From assembly GCA_963840855.1 (NCBI GenBank), contig CAWJBB010000067.1, positions 8,110 to 72,109 on the forward strand: 64,000 bases of DNA, given 5' to 3'. The position numbers and the translations under genes were made by a program. Shown piece after piece: positions 12,800 to 22,361 of the stretch. The stretch is from an uncultured delta proteobacterium. Its GTDB lineage: Bacteria > Desulfobacterota > Binatia > UBA9968. The notes under the pieces were generated by a model. It worked only from the letters and a program-made list of their open reading frames with translations. It had not been told where the DNA came from and did no database searches. Each line of letters begins with the position of its first letter. Position 1 is the stretch's first letter.

Positions 12800-13340
12800 T
12801 CAGGGTCTGGGGATGTTTGTCATCGAGTCCGTACACGTAATTGATGTTGACCGCCCAGTTAGGGTGACTGGTAGACGGTGGCGGGGCCGGAGCGAAAAGG
12901 TAGGAAATGAGCAAGACGACGATCGCGGCCACGGACTGTAAACCAAACGCTCGCCGGTCGTAGCCCAATCGCGAGAGCAACCATAACAGAACGAAGGGTA
13001 GCCAGCCATGAAATAACGAGAGCGCCCTTAGAAACAGAGGGATGCTTGAATCGAGCATGTAGGCGGTCACGCCGGTTATATGAACGCCGGCAATCAGCCG
13101 GCATAGAAAATCGACCACCCACAGCGTCTGCGGCAGTGTGATAGCAATTGCTTGCGTGCTGACAAGAAGCGGGCTTTCGATCCAGATCGCCACGGCGGTG
13201 ACGAGCAACGCGATGTCGCAGAAGTAGAGAAAGTTCCACGGGCTGTAAGTCACCCAGTAGCATGGCACAAGGACAGCTACAAAGGCCGAGTATGCCACTT
13301 TCACCCAGATCGGAATGAGTCCGCTCGTTTCCGTTGTCAT
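12699..13340 (-). CDS. Integral membrane protein; C-terminus altered by a 61-bp tandem duplication
   Basis: Multiple hydrophobic segments, NFLYFCD, LSLFHGW, NINYVYG motifs; probable start MTTETS at 13340. Confidence 0.7.
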   Translation of the reverse strand: MTTETSGLIPIWVKVAYSAFVAVLVPCYWVTYSPWNFLYFCDIALLVTAVAIWIESPLLVSTQAIAITLPQTLWVVDFLCRLIAGVHITGVTAYMLDSSIPLFLRALSLFHGWLPFVLLWLLSRLGYDRRAFGLQSVAAIVVLLISYLFAPAPPPSTSHPNWAVNINYVYGLDDKHPQTLMASSLWLLCLMVVNVIVLYLPGALALVAVLDGC

Positions 13341-13717
13341 GATGTCTGTTACTACCGGCCGTGAAAGCCAGACGCTGCAGGACGCGCTTGCCTGAAAGGC
13401 GACGATGTAGTCAGCGTAGCGCTGACGCTCGCGCGGCGCCGGGGCAAAGTCTATTGTGGAGCCTTTCCCTGCGCAGTAGTATAAATAATTCAATGTCGAT
13501 GCGCGATACGCAAGAGCGACCGTCGGCCGCCGGTGGAAAACCGCGGCCTGACATCTAAGCTGAGCATGGATTCCCGGGTGTGGGCAACTGGCGTACGCGT
13601 TCTAACAAGCGACAAAGGCGCGGCGATCGCCGCACTATTCCGTTACGACCTCGTAGCAACGCTTTTCGAGGAAGACTGGCGGAAAGAGATGCAAGAAACC
13701 CGCAGGAGTTCTTCACG

Positions 13718-14977
13718 ATGCGCTTTTTTTTCAGTGTATTTATCACATTATGCCTTTCATGGAGTTCTGTCGAAGCCGCGGAATACAAATATCCGTATCA
13801 CGACCCATATTTAGCGACGGCCACCACCGCCATTTTTAGTGACGATGGCCCCACTCCCCGGCTCGAATCGCAAATCGTCCGTGTGCCGGGGCTACCCGGC
13901 AGAAATCAGCTGCCTACTCTCGAAGGTCGCGGCGATGTGGGTATCGCCCTCTATCGCCAAAGCCATCCAGCGCCATTGATTTTCATTCTCGCTGGCATTG
14001 GATCCACCCCGTACTTCGGGGTTGGCCCGTATTTAGCCAGTCTCTTCTATCGAGAGGGCTCTCATGTCGTCATTTTGCCCTCACCGATGAGCTGGAATTT
14101 CGCGTTGGCGGCCAGCCGAAGCGGCGCGCCAGGTTACGTTCCGGCAGACGCCCGTGATCTGTATGAAGTCATGCAAAAATGCCTTTCGACCTTAAGAGAT
14201 CGGCATGAGGTCAAGATAACGGCAATCAACTTCGTGGGGGTAAGCCTCGGCGCCCTTGAAGGCGCTTATTTAAGCGTTATCGATGCTGAGCAGCGGAAGA
14301 TCGACATAGGAAAGTATCTTCTGGTGAACCCGCCCATCGATCTCTCTTATGCCCACAAAAAACTCGATGAATGGAGTGCATTACAGGAAACATTTGGCAG
14401 GAACAAATCCGAGGACATCGTGGCGAAAGCCATTGCCATCGTCGAGTCCTTTTCCAAAGAAACGCGAGACGACCCAGCGGTTTTTGACAGATTGGCAAAG
14501 AAGTTTGCTAGTTTCACGACAGAAGAGCTCCAATTTCTCATCGCCGGATATTTGCAAACTCAACTCCCCGAACTCGTCTATGTCACGCAAGTCATTCACG
14601 ATCAAGGTGTTCTTACCGCGCCGAAAAACGAAGTCAGAAAACGCCTTGAGGAAGCTAAGAAATTCACTTTTTCAGATTACAACGAAAAGATCGCTGTGCC
14701 ATTGTGGAAACGTCAGGCGACAGAAACCCCAGTCGATTTAGAAAGCCTCCTCAAACGAGGATCCCTGGCGCGAATTCTTGATCGGCTGCGTAGCAATTCA
14801 AAAGTTCATATTATGCATAACGCCGATGATTTCCTGGCCGAAAGGAAATCCATCGAAGAACTCAAAGAGGCATTGGGCGATCAGGTGAAGCTCTATCCCT
14901 ATGGTGGACACATTGGCAATATCTGGTTCCCGGAAAACAAAGAATACGCTCTGGGGCTATTCAGAAAGGTCCGCTGA
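13718..14977 (+). CDS. Secreted alpha/beta-hydrolase-like protein
   Basis: AGGAG RBS then signal peptide MRFFFSV...; GVSLG nucleophile elbow, NADD, GGHIG. Confidence 0.65.
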   Translation: MRFFFSVFITLCLSWSSVEAAEYKYPYHDPYLATATTAIFSDDGPTPRLESQIVRVPGLPGRNQLPTLEGRGDVGIALYRQSHPAPLIFILAGIGSTPYFGVGPYLASLFYREGSHVVILPSPMSWNFALAASRSGAPGYVPADARDLYEVMQKCLSTLRDRHEVKITAINFVGVSLGALEGAYLSVIDAEQRKIDIGKYLLVNPPIDLSYAHKKLDEWSALQETFGRNKSEDIVAKAIAIVESFSKETRDDPAVFDRLAKKFASFTTEELQFLIAGYLQTQLPELVYVTQVIHDQGVLTAPKNEVRKRLEEAKKFTFSDYNEKIAVPLWKRQATETPVDLESLLKRGSLARILDRLRSNSKVHIMHNADDFLAERKSIEELKEALGDQVKLYPYGGHIGNIWFPENKEYALGLFRKVR

Positions 14978-15052
14978 ATGGGACAAAGGTTTTAAAACTC
15001 GCTGGGTCTGCTAGACCTTGCAGAGCGACGCTTTCGGCTGTAGATTGCCGCC

Positions 15053-15889
15053 ATGATCACCAACGACGAATTTGAAGTAGACGTCCGGGATATCGAGTAT
15101 CAGCAACAGGCAGGCAAAGCCTGGCTGGCTCGCATCTATCAACCCAAAGGAACAGGGCCATTTCCGGCCATCGTTGACGTGCACGGCGGTGCTTGGCACA
15201 ACGGCGATCGGACTAACAATGCCGGTATCGACCAAGCGCTGGCGGCCAAGGGCATCTTGGTGGCCGCGCTCGATTTCCGGCAGCCGCCGGAGGCGGGCTA
15301 TCCTGCTTCTATCTGTGACGTGAACCTGGCTGTTCGCTGGCTCAAAGCGCATGCGGCTGAGTTCAACGGAACAGCCGTTGTAGGAGCCTTTGGGAATTCC
15401 AGCGGCGGCCACCAGGTCGTGCTCAACGCGCTTCGGCCGCGGCACGCAAGTTATACGGCGCTGCCGCTGCCGAACCATCCTGAGATCAATGCCAGCCTCG
15501 CCTATGTGATTGCGGGCTGGCCGGTGATAGACCCGCTGTATCGCTTCCACTTCGCCAAAGAGTTCAACCATCAAGAACACATCAAGGCCCATATTGACTA
15601 CTGGCGCACAGAAGAAGCCATGGCCGAAGGCAGTCCGCAGAAGATTGTCGAGCGCGACGAGCAGGTCGATTTACCGCCGATATTGATGTTGCTGAAGGCC
15701 AACGACCGCAACCACCCGCTGGAAATGCAGGAGCGCTTCATTGCGTCCTATCGCAAACGCGGCGCGGCGATCGAGGTGCATACCTTCGATGGCCTGCCGG
15801 AGCACCGAATGGTGCCGTCGCCGGCCCAGCCGGAAACAATGCGTGTGATTGACACCATCACCGCATTCATTCGGCGCCAAACTGCTTAG
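15053..15889 (+). CDS. Alpha/beta hydrolase (HSL-like esterase/lipase)
   Basis: VHGGAW oxyanion motif, GNSSGG nucleophile motif. Confidence 0.85.
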   Translation: MITNDEFEVDVRDIEYQQQAGKAWLARIYQPKGTGPFPAIVDVHGGAWHNGDRTNNAGIDQALAAKGILVAALDFRQPPEAGYPASICDVNLAVRWLKAHAAEFNGTAVVGAFGNSSGGHQVVLNALRPRHASYTALPLPNHPEINASLAYVIAGWPVIDPLYRFHFAKEFNHQEHIKAHIDYWRTEEAMAEGSPQKIVERDEQVDLPPILMLLKANDRNHPLEMQERFIASYRKRGAAIEVHTFDGLPEHRMVPSPAQPETMRVIDTITAFIRRQTA

Positions 15890-15989
15890 CGCTTTTGCCG
15901 TTTGCGGTACATTTTGTCCCGGGCCGTTTAATATCATTTAAAGAACTCCTCGTCGTCTATAAAGAAAATTATTTAAAACAATATCGGAG

Positions 15990-16388
15990 GTGTTTATGCC
16001 CGCCAAGCGTATTGATGTTAACGAGCATCCGGCGTTAAAAGGAGCAGGAGCCGGCAAGCATGAAAGACTGCTTTTCAATTCCGACAACTATCATGTCTGG
16101 ATTCACCATAGTGTACCAGGCGACAAGGGCCCGATGCACAGGCATACGGCAGATCAGGCCTTCTATGGTCTCCAAGGGGAATGCTTGATAAATTTCCCGG
16201 ATGGGACGCGGCAATCGATTACTCCAGGCGTGTTGGTGGTAATCCCCAAGGGTCAATATTACCAACAAGAAGCGCCAAGCCACACTGGCTATGTTTTCTT
16301 AGGCAGCAGGGCGGAAACCTATGAGAATTCTCGCTTCGGCCCCCAAGGCCAAGAAATCAAGTCAGGCGGTATAGCACCAAAGGATTAG
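15990..16388 (+). CDS. Cupin-domain protein
   Basis: PMHRHTADQAFYGLQGE...PG.LVVIPKG.YY. Confidence 0.75.
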   Translation: MFMPAKRIDVNEHPALKGAGAGKHERLLFNSDNYHVWIHHSVPGDKGPMHRHTADQAFYGLQGECLINFPDGTRQSITPGVLVVIPKGQYYQQEAPSHTGYVFLGSRAETYENSRFGPQGQEIKSGGIAPKD

Positions 16389-16409
16389 TTGCAGATATCG
16401 GCAATCGGG

Positions 16410-16555
16410 TCATTGAAACGGTTGTCCGAACCGCTCGAGATGGGCTACCTCAGAGAGTGTCTTGCGATTTTTCTTTCCTTTGCCGGTGGGCCGAGCCGGA
16501 TAGCCAAACGGGATGATCGCCAGCACATCCGATTCATCCGGAATACCAGGAGGGT
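16410..16555 (-). pseudogene. Nitroreductase 3' remnant
   Basis: GIPDESDVLAIIPFGYPARPTGKGKKNRKTLSEVAHLERFG is a typical nitroreductase C-terminus; no N-terminal part present. Confidence 0.7.
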
Positions 16556-16557
16556 TT

Positions 16558-16990
16558 ATGAAATCATTGATTGCGGGTCTGGCCGTTGCCACCCTTTCAG
16601 TCTGGATTACGTCGTCGTTTGCCCAGCAAAGGCCAAGATATCCGGTGGATCCTGAGACGAGATGGGCTGTCGGCGCTAAGCCGACACCAGCCGACGAACT
16701 CAAGAAGCAACTCGACAGTGGTACGGTGATGATCATCGATGTTCGGCCGCCGGCCAGTTTTGAAAAAGAAACCATTCCCGGCGCAATCAATGTTCCCCTT
16801 GAGCAGCTTGAAGGTTATCTGAAAAAGATATCCAAGGACACTTACATCGTCTTCACGTGAGGGAGCGGAGCAATCAAGCTCGCAGGCTGCGAAGCTAGCT
16901 GAAGACCTCGGATTCACCAGCACAACTTTTTGCCCCGTCAGCAAGTGGAAGGAACAGGGTTATCAAGCGGAACCCGGTAAGAAAAAATAA
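16558..16990 (+). CDS. Secreted rhodanese-like protein, candidate selenoprotein (TGA 16858-16860 at the catalytic position; extra base near 16873)
   Basis: AGGAGG RBS, signal peptide, IIDVRP..F..TIPGAINVP, then IVFT-TGA-GSGA and, after a +1 shift, SSQAAKLAEDLGF...WKEQGY to TAA at 16988-16990. Confidence 0.7.
16876..16896 (+). promoter_or_regulatory. Putative bacterial SECIS hairpin
   Basis: agct-cgca-ggc-tgcg-a-agct stem-loop about 16-36 nt after the in-frame TGA; core GCAGG.CUGC resembles the E. coli fdhF SECIS apex. Confidence 0.5.
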
Positions 16991-17042
16991 TCTGTAAAAC
17001 TCGTCAACCGGGTCGATTTTTCGCCATCTGCATCCGAGTATT

Positions 17043-18305
17043 CTAGTGTGATCCCAAATGCACTATCTCCGGGCGAACATGTTCCGGGCGGATGCCGAGG
17101 CCAACGATGCGGGCGGGGATTCGGCGGAGAAACGGAACTGTGGCAAGCAGCCGGACCGCAAGTGGCGGCTTGACAGGTTTCGTATCACCCAATACGCGCG
17201 CAATGATCCTGCGCTGCACCGTCACCTGCAGCCACTGGGTTACTCTGGTGGGTAACTCGCGTCGCCGCTGGATCCGGCGCAGATGATCGACGGTTACTTG
17301 CCCTTCCCGCAGCGGTTTGAACAGAACATTTGCCGCGGCCACTGCATCCTGAATCGCGAGATTTATGCCGACGCCGCCCACCGGGGACATTGCGTGCGCC
17401 GCGTCGCCAATACACAGCAGGCCCGGGCGAAACCACTCTAACAACCGGTCCACGCGAACCGTCAAGAGCTTCACGTCATCCCAGCTGCTGAGCTCCCCTA
17501 CCCTGTCTTTCGCGTACGGCGCCAGCCGCACTATCTCCCCTCGAAAAGCTTCGAATCCTTGCCGGCGCATCTCTTCGAATCGGCCTTTGGGAATGACGTA
17601 ACCGCATTGCCAATACTCGCCTCGATTGATCGTGACGAAGATCCTGCCGCTATCGAATCTCCCCATAGTCCCGACCGGATCGTCCGGCCTTCGGCTCAGG
17701 CGGAACCACAGCACATCCATCGGCGCTCCGAATTCTTTCACCTTCAAACCGGCCTTATCGCGCACCATCGAATTGCGGCCGTCCGCGCCCACGACGACGT
17801 CAGCGCGTACTTCGACCGTCCCCTCGAGAGTATTTGCGCGAACACCAATCACGCGCCCCGACTCTTCCACGAGGCTGATTACCTCAGCCTCCATCATAAG
17901 ATTGAATTTGGTGTAGCGAGCCGCTTGCTCGGCGAGGAAGTTCAGAAAATCCCACTGTGGCATCAAGGCGATAAAGCGGCAGCGGGTCGGCAGGTGTCTG
18001 AAGTCTGCAATGGTCACCTGCATTTGACCGACTTGCGCCCCCAGCTCGTAGACTTCCTGATGCGGCAGTCTCAGAAACTCCTCGAGCAACCCAAGCTCGC
18101 ACATCACCTCGAGCGTCGATGGGTGAATCGTATCGCCGCGAAAATCGCGCAGGAAATCCGCGTGCTTTTCAAGAACCAAAACTTCGACGCCGGCGCGCGC
18201 AAGCAGGTAACCCAGCATCATCCCGGCTGGCCCGCCCCCGGCGATGCAGCAGTCCACGGATACCGTCTTAGACTCGCCCGCCCGAATTCGTGTATCGGTG
18301 GTCAT
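17043..18305 (-). CDS. FAD-dependent oxidoreductase (UbiH/aromatic hydroxylase-like family)
   Basis: GGGPAG dinucleotide motif, VGADG, IGDAAHAMSPVGGVGINLAIQD. Confidence 0.85.
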   Translation of the reverse strand: MTTDTRIRAGESKTVSVDCCIAGGGPAGMMLGYLLARAGVEVLVLEKHADFLRDFRGDTIHPSTLEVMCELGLLEEFLRLPHQEVYELGAQVGQMQVTIADFRHLPTRCRFIALMPQWDFLNFLAEQAARYTKFNLMMEAEVISLVEESGRVIGVRANTLEGTVEVRADVVVGADGRNSMVRDKAGLKVKEFGAPMDVLWFRLSRRPDDPVGTMGRFDSGRIFVTINRGEYWQCGYVIPKGRFEEMRRQGFEAFRGEIVRLAPYAKDRVGELSSWDDVKLLTVRVDRLLEWFRPGLLCIGDAAHAMSPVGGVGINLAIQDAVAAANVLFKPLREGQVTVDHLRRIQRRRELPTRVTQWLQVTVQRRIIARVLGDTKPVKPPLAVRLLATVPFLRRIPARIVGLGIRPEHVRPEIVHLGSH

Positions 18306-18712
18306 TCTCCGCTGCTCGGCGACGCGACCCGCGCCGTGGGTTGATAGTCGAGAACGCGAAAGGTCACTGGAACGGCTTGATGGTCAGGCCTGATTCTGGA
18401 TTCTACAAGCATAGATGTCGGAATTTCGGGTCTTGAGTCTTGCAAATCGGACAGTCACCGGGCAGGGCATTACTTCGAAAATCTTTCAGCTGTGCGGGCG
18501 AGTTCCGCGACGCCCAAACCTATGATAAAGTAGGATCGGTTTCATTCAGAGTAGCTAGCAGTGACCGGAAACTTCACCATCCTTCGCTTCAGCCACGAAT
18601 CATTGCCGGTAAGGGTTTTCCTAGACCGGATTGAACAACCCTCCCAACCTTTCGCCAATATGGGAGCGGATCGAACCGCCCGAGTGGGCAAGTCGTAAAT
18701 TGGAGACCTGTT

Positions 18713-19541
18713 TTGGATTCTTTGCCTATACCGGTAATTAAACGCGAATTGCAAGTCGGACGCTTCGTCATACCCTATCGGATATGCGGCGGCGGGACTC
18801 ATGGTCTCGTTTTTGTGAACGGACTTCAACAGTCGATGGCGATGTGGCATAGCGTTTGTGCGCCGTTTCAGCCCAGGCTATCGCATTGTCATCTTTGATT
18901 TTCCTAACCATGGCAGGGGGCGAATCGTCAGCGGATCTGCCGACGTATCGGTTGAAGAACAGGTCGATATTCTAGATGCAGTCGCCGATGCCGCAAATAT
19001 CAGAGATCAACTGACCGTCTGTTCAGCCTCCTGGGGAGGTGTGGTGGCCGCCAGTTATGCCGTGCGCCATCCGTGCAAAGTGCAACGCCTGATATTGGCC
19101 AGCATGGGGACCAGGGCGAACGAAAAGATGATAGAAATAATTTCTAAAGGGTTTGAGATGGAGCCGGCGGACCGCACTGAGATAGCCGAGACAATAATCA
19201 AGACCTTCGGCGCGGACCTCCCACGCTCCATGAAGCGCAAGATACTTCGCCAATTTCAGCAGATGAGCCAGGCGGCGCTTGAGGCCTTCTACCGGCATGG
19301 CCAATTCGTTCTTGCCATACGGGAGTTAGGCAACGCCGTTGACGTAAGTCAAATCCAGTGCAAGACGATAATCTTGCATGGCGAAAAGGACACGATCGTA
19401 GATGCCGAAGACGCCCGTTTCCTCGCCAGTCAAATCCAGAATTCTGAGTTTAAGAACATCGCCGGTGTGGGCCATTTTCTTCACTTGGAAAACGAGAAGA
19501 TTCTCGATGTCTATGAAGACATCCTGGCGTCACCCGCCTGA
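18713..19541 (+). CDS. RhlA/PhaG-like alpha/beta-fold acyltransferase; one-base frameshift near 18854
   Basis: VFVNG, FDFP, SASWGG, AEDAR, GHFLHLE match the RhlA/PhaG motif order; ORFs 18713-18898 and 18858-19541 join if one base is removed. Confidence 0.65.
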
Positions 19542-19851
19542 AATCATTTGAAGTCGCCCGCCTGCTCGTTTGCAATATCTCGAGGGCCCTTAGAGCCTCG
19601 GCATGTGCGATGCCAGGCGTCCTTTGATTTCGTCGCTCGCTTCCGGAGCGATATTCGATGATAGAAAAAATCTTCCGTCAGTCCTGCGAATTTAGCATTG
19701 CAATAGTTCAAGCAGAACTCTCAGCTCATATGGATGAGGCAGCGACCTTGAAGTTGCTAGTCTGGATTATTATGGATACCGTAAAGGCGTAGCATACTCT
19801 AAGATCAACGATAGCAGTAAAACTACACGCGCGCCTGAAAGACTAGACTAG

Positions 19852-21576
19852 ATGTCTGATCCCGATCTCATTCGCCTGCGCTCGATGCTCGCCGCTTTGG
19901 CGCCGCAGGGCCGCGCTGCGCTGCTGCCGGCCTTGCAGGCTGCGCAGCAATTCCACGGCTGGCTTCCCGAAGCCGTTGCGGCAGAAGTGGGCCGGGCCTT
20001 GGGGGTAGCGCTCGCCGACGTACACGGCGTCATCGATTTCTATGCCATGCTCTCTCGCCAGCCCATGGGCCGAACCGTCGCGCGTGTCTGTAGCGCGCCC
20101 GTATGCGCCCTCGCCGGGGCCGAAAGACTGGTGGACGCCCTGTGCCGCCACTTGCAGATGGAGCCGGGTGAAGTCAGCTCGGATGGTGAGTTCACCGTCG
20201 AGCATGCTCCCTGCCTGGGCTTGTGCGATCACGCGCCAGCGCTCCTTGTGGGCGAAACCGCTCTCGGGCCTGCGCGTCCCGAGCAAGCAACCGAGATCTG
20301 CGCGCGCGCCGGTGCAAGACCGATGAGCTTTGTCGGGGGCGATATCCGGATTCTCACGAGCAATTGCGGTCAAGGTCATTCCACGTCTCTTGCCGACTAC
20401 AGGAGTGGCGGCGGTTATGCCGGACTGACGAAGGCTTTGACGATGACGCCGCAGGATGTGCTCGCCGAGGTGAAGGCTGCGGGCTTGGTCGGCCGCGGCG
20501 GCGCGGCATTTCCAACCGGAATCAAGTGGGAGGGAGCGGCGAAAGCACTGGGCCATCCCAAGTACATCGTGTGCAACGCCGACGAATCCGAACCCGGCAC
20601 GTTTAAAGACCGCATTCTCATGGAGGAAGACCCGCACCGCACCATTGAAGGGATGATCATCGCGGCCCACGCCGTGGGCGCGCACCGCGGTTACTTCTAC
20701 GTTCGCGGCGAGTATCCTTATGCTTTCAAGGTTATGGGCGATGCGCTGGAGGAGGCGCGGCAGGCCGGCGTCATTGGCGGAAATATCCTCGGCTCCGGAT
20801 TGGACTTCGATATTGAGATGCGCCTAGGCGCCGGCGCCTACATTTGCGGCGAAGAAACCGCGCTGTTGGAATCCATCGAGGGCAAGCGTGGCTTCCCGCG
20901 CATCAAGCCGCCCTTTCCCACCACCCACGGGTTATTCGGCAAGCCCACCGTGATCAATAACGTGGAGACATTCTGCAACGTGCCGCTGATCCTCGAACGG
21001 GGCGCCGCAGAGTATCGGAAAATGGGGACAGACCGCTCGCCCGGTCCAAAGCTGTTTTGCGTGTCGGGCCAGATACAGAAACCCGGACTTTACGAGGTGA
21101 CGTTCGGCGCCACCTTGCGCCATGTTCTGTTTGATCTCGCGGGCGGACTGAAGCAGGGGCGCAAGCTTCAAGCGGTGCTCTTGGGCGGCGCGGCGGGCGC
21201 GTTTGCCACTGAGAAAGACTTGGACGTGATCTTGTCGTTTGAGCACCTGGGCGCCGCGGGCTTACCGCTCGGCTCCGGCGCAGTCATGGTCTTCGACGAT
21301 AGCGCGGACCTGCGCGACGTGCTCAAGCGCATAGGGCAATTCTTTGCTGACGAAAGCTGCGGCAAATGCTATCCCTGCCAGCTCGGCGCGCGTCGCCAGT
21401 ATGAAATTCTCGACCGGGCCGGAGCCGGATTTCCCGTTGCCGGCGACCGGGAACGCTTAGCGGATGTGGGTGGCACGATGATCGACGCCTCCCTGTGCGG
21501 CTTGGGCCAGACGGCCGCCACGGCGGTCTTGAGCGCGCTGAAGTTGTGGCCGGAGATGTTTGAGAGCAGAAAATAG
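19852..21576 (+). CDS. NAD-dependent formate dehydrogenase diaphorase subunit (fused NuoE/NuoF-like)
   Basis: 2Fe-2S motifs CxxxxC...CLGLC; [39 protein letters not shown]. Confidence 0.9.
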   Translation: MSDPDLIRLRSMLAALAPQGRAALLPALQAAQQFHGWLPEAVAAEVGRALGVALADVHGVIDFYAMLSRQPMGRTVARVCSAPVCALAGAERLVDALCRHLQMEPGEVSSDGEFTVEHAPCLGLCDHAPALLVGETALGPARPEQATEICARAGARPMSFVGGDIRILTSNCGQGHSTSLADYRSGGGYAGLTKALTMTPQDVLAEVKAAGLVGRGGAAFPTGIKWEGAAKALGHPKYIVCNADESEPGTFKDRILMEEDPHRTIEGMIIAAHAVGAHRGYFYVRGEYPYAFKVMGDALEEARQAGVIGGNILGSGLDFDIEMRLGAGAYICGEETALLESIEGKRGFPRIKPPFPTTHGLFGKPTVINNVETFCNVPLILERGAAEYRKMGTDRSPGPKLFCVSGQIQKPGLYEVTFGATLRHVLFDLAGGLKQGRKLQAVLLGGAAGAFATEKDLDVILSFEHLGAAGLPLGSGAVMVFDDSADLRDVLKRIGQFFADESCGKCYPCQLGARRQYEILDRAGAGFPVAGDRERLADVGGTMIDASLCGLGQTAATAVLSALKLWPEMFESRK

Positions 21577-21582
21577 CGGTCT

Positions 21583-21641
21583 CGTGTCCGTGGCTCGTGC
21601 TCTTGCATCCGAACGATCACGCAGCACGATCACGAGCACGA
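21583..21641. repeat. Hexamer-based palindromic intergenic repeat (CTCGTG / CACGAG arms)
   Basis: ctcgtgtccgtggctcgtgctc ... gcagcacgatcacgagcacga. Confidence 0.6.
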
Positions 21642-21659
21642 TTTGCAGCAAGGAAGTAT

Positions 21660-22361
21660 ATGGCTGATGTCACACTCACCATCGATGGCGCTGCTGTCGC
21701 CGTGTCTTCGGACACGACGATACTCAAAGCCGCACAACAGCTCGGCCGGCATATTCCTACCATTTGCTATCACGAGCACTGTACGGCTAATGGTCTCTGC
21801 CGCATCTGCGTCGTCGAAGTCGACGGCGTGAAGCCGCTTGTGCCGGCGTGTTTGAGCCGGGTGAGCCAAGGAATGAAAGTCTCTACCTCGAGCGCGCGTG
21901 CCGAGCGCAGCCGCCGCACCATCCTGGAGATGCTCGCCTCCGCTGTGGATCTTACTCAGGCGCCGGAGATTCAAATGTTCATGGAGGAAAATCGCGCCGA
22001 CCCCGCGCGCTTTCCCGGCGCCGAGCGGCGCGAGTATCCGGTGCTCGATGACAACCCGATGTATATCCGGGACTATTCCAAGTGCATCCTGTGCTGGCGC
22101 TGCGTTCAGGTGTGCGCCGACGACGCGCAGTTTACCTACGCGATCAACTTCAAAGGGCGCGGTTTTAAAACCGGCATCGGCACCTTCTTTGACAAGCCCA
22201 TGCCTGAAACAAGCTGCGTATTTTGCGGCCAGTGCGTGGGGGTCTGCCCCACCGGCGCGCTCAAGTCCAAGCGCGAGTGGCTGCTCGAGCAGGGATCAAC
22301 GTTGGATGAAATTATGCAGGCAACCAGGGGCGGAAAAAAGCGTCGGAGGAAGTCCCCATGA
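21660..22361 (+). CDS. Formate dehydrogenase iron-sulfur subunit (NuoG N-terminal-like, 2Fe-2S + 2x 4Fe-4S)
   Basis: IPTIC..CRICVV..C; [11 protein letters not shown]; [12 protein letters not shown]. Confidence 0.9.
   Translation: MADVTLTIDGAAVAVSSDTTILKAAQQLGRHIPTICYHEHCTANGLCRICVVEVDGVKPLVPACLSRVSQGMKVSTSSARAERSRRTILEMLASAVDLTQAPEIQMFMEENRADPARFPGAERREYPVLDDNPMYIRDYSKCILCWRCVQVCADDAQFTYAINFKGRGFKTGIGTFFDKPMPETSCVFCGQCVGVCPTGALKSKREWLLEQGSTLDEIMQATRGGKKRRRKSP

Noticed and set aside
13356-13430. Short hairpins with GAAA-like loops suggesting a riboswitch
   Set aside because: No recognisable aptamer consensus; stems are short and expected by chance at this GC content.
13598-13650. ttctaac...gttacga attC-like pair
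   Set aside because: Core sites match poorly and no convincing internal L boxes are present.
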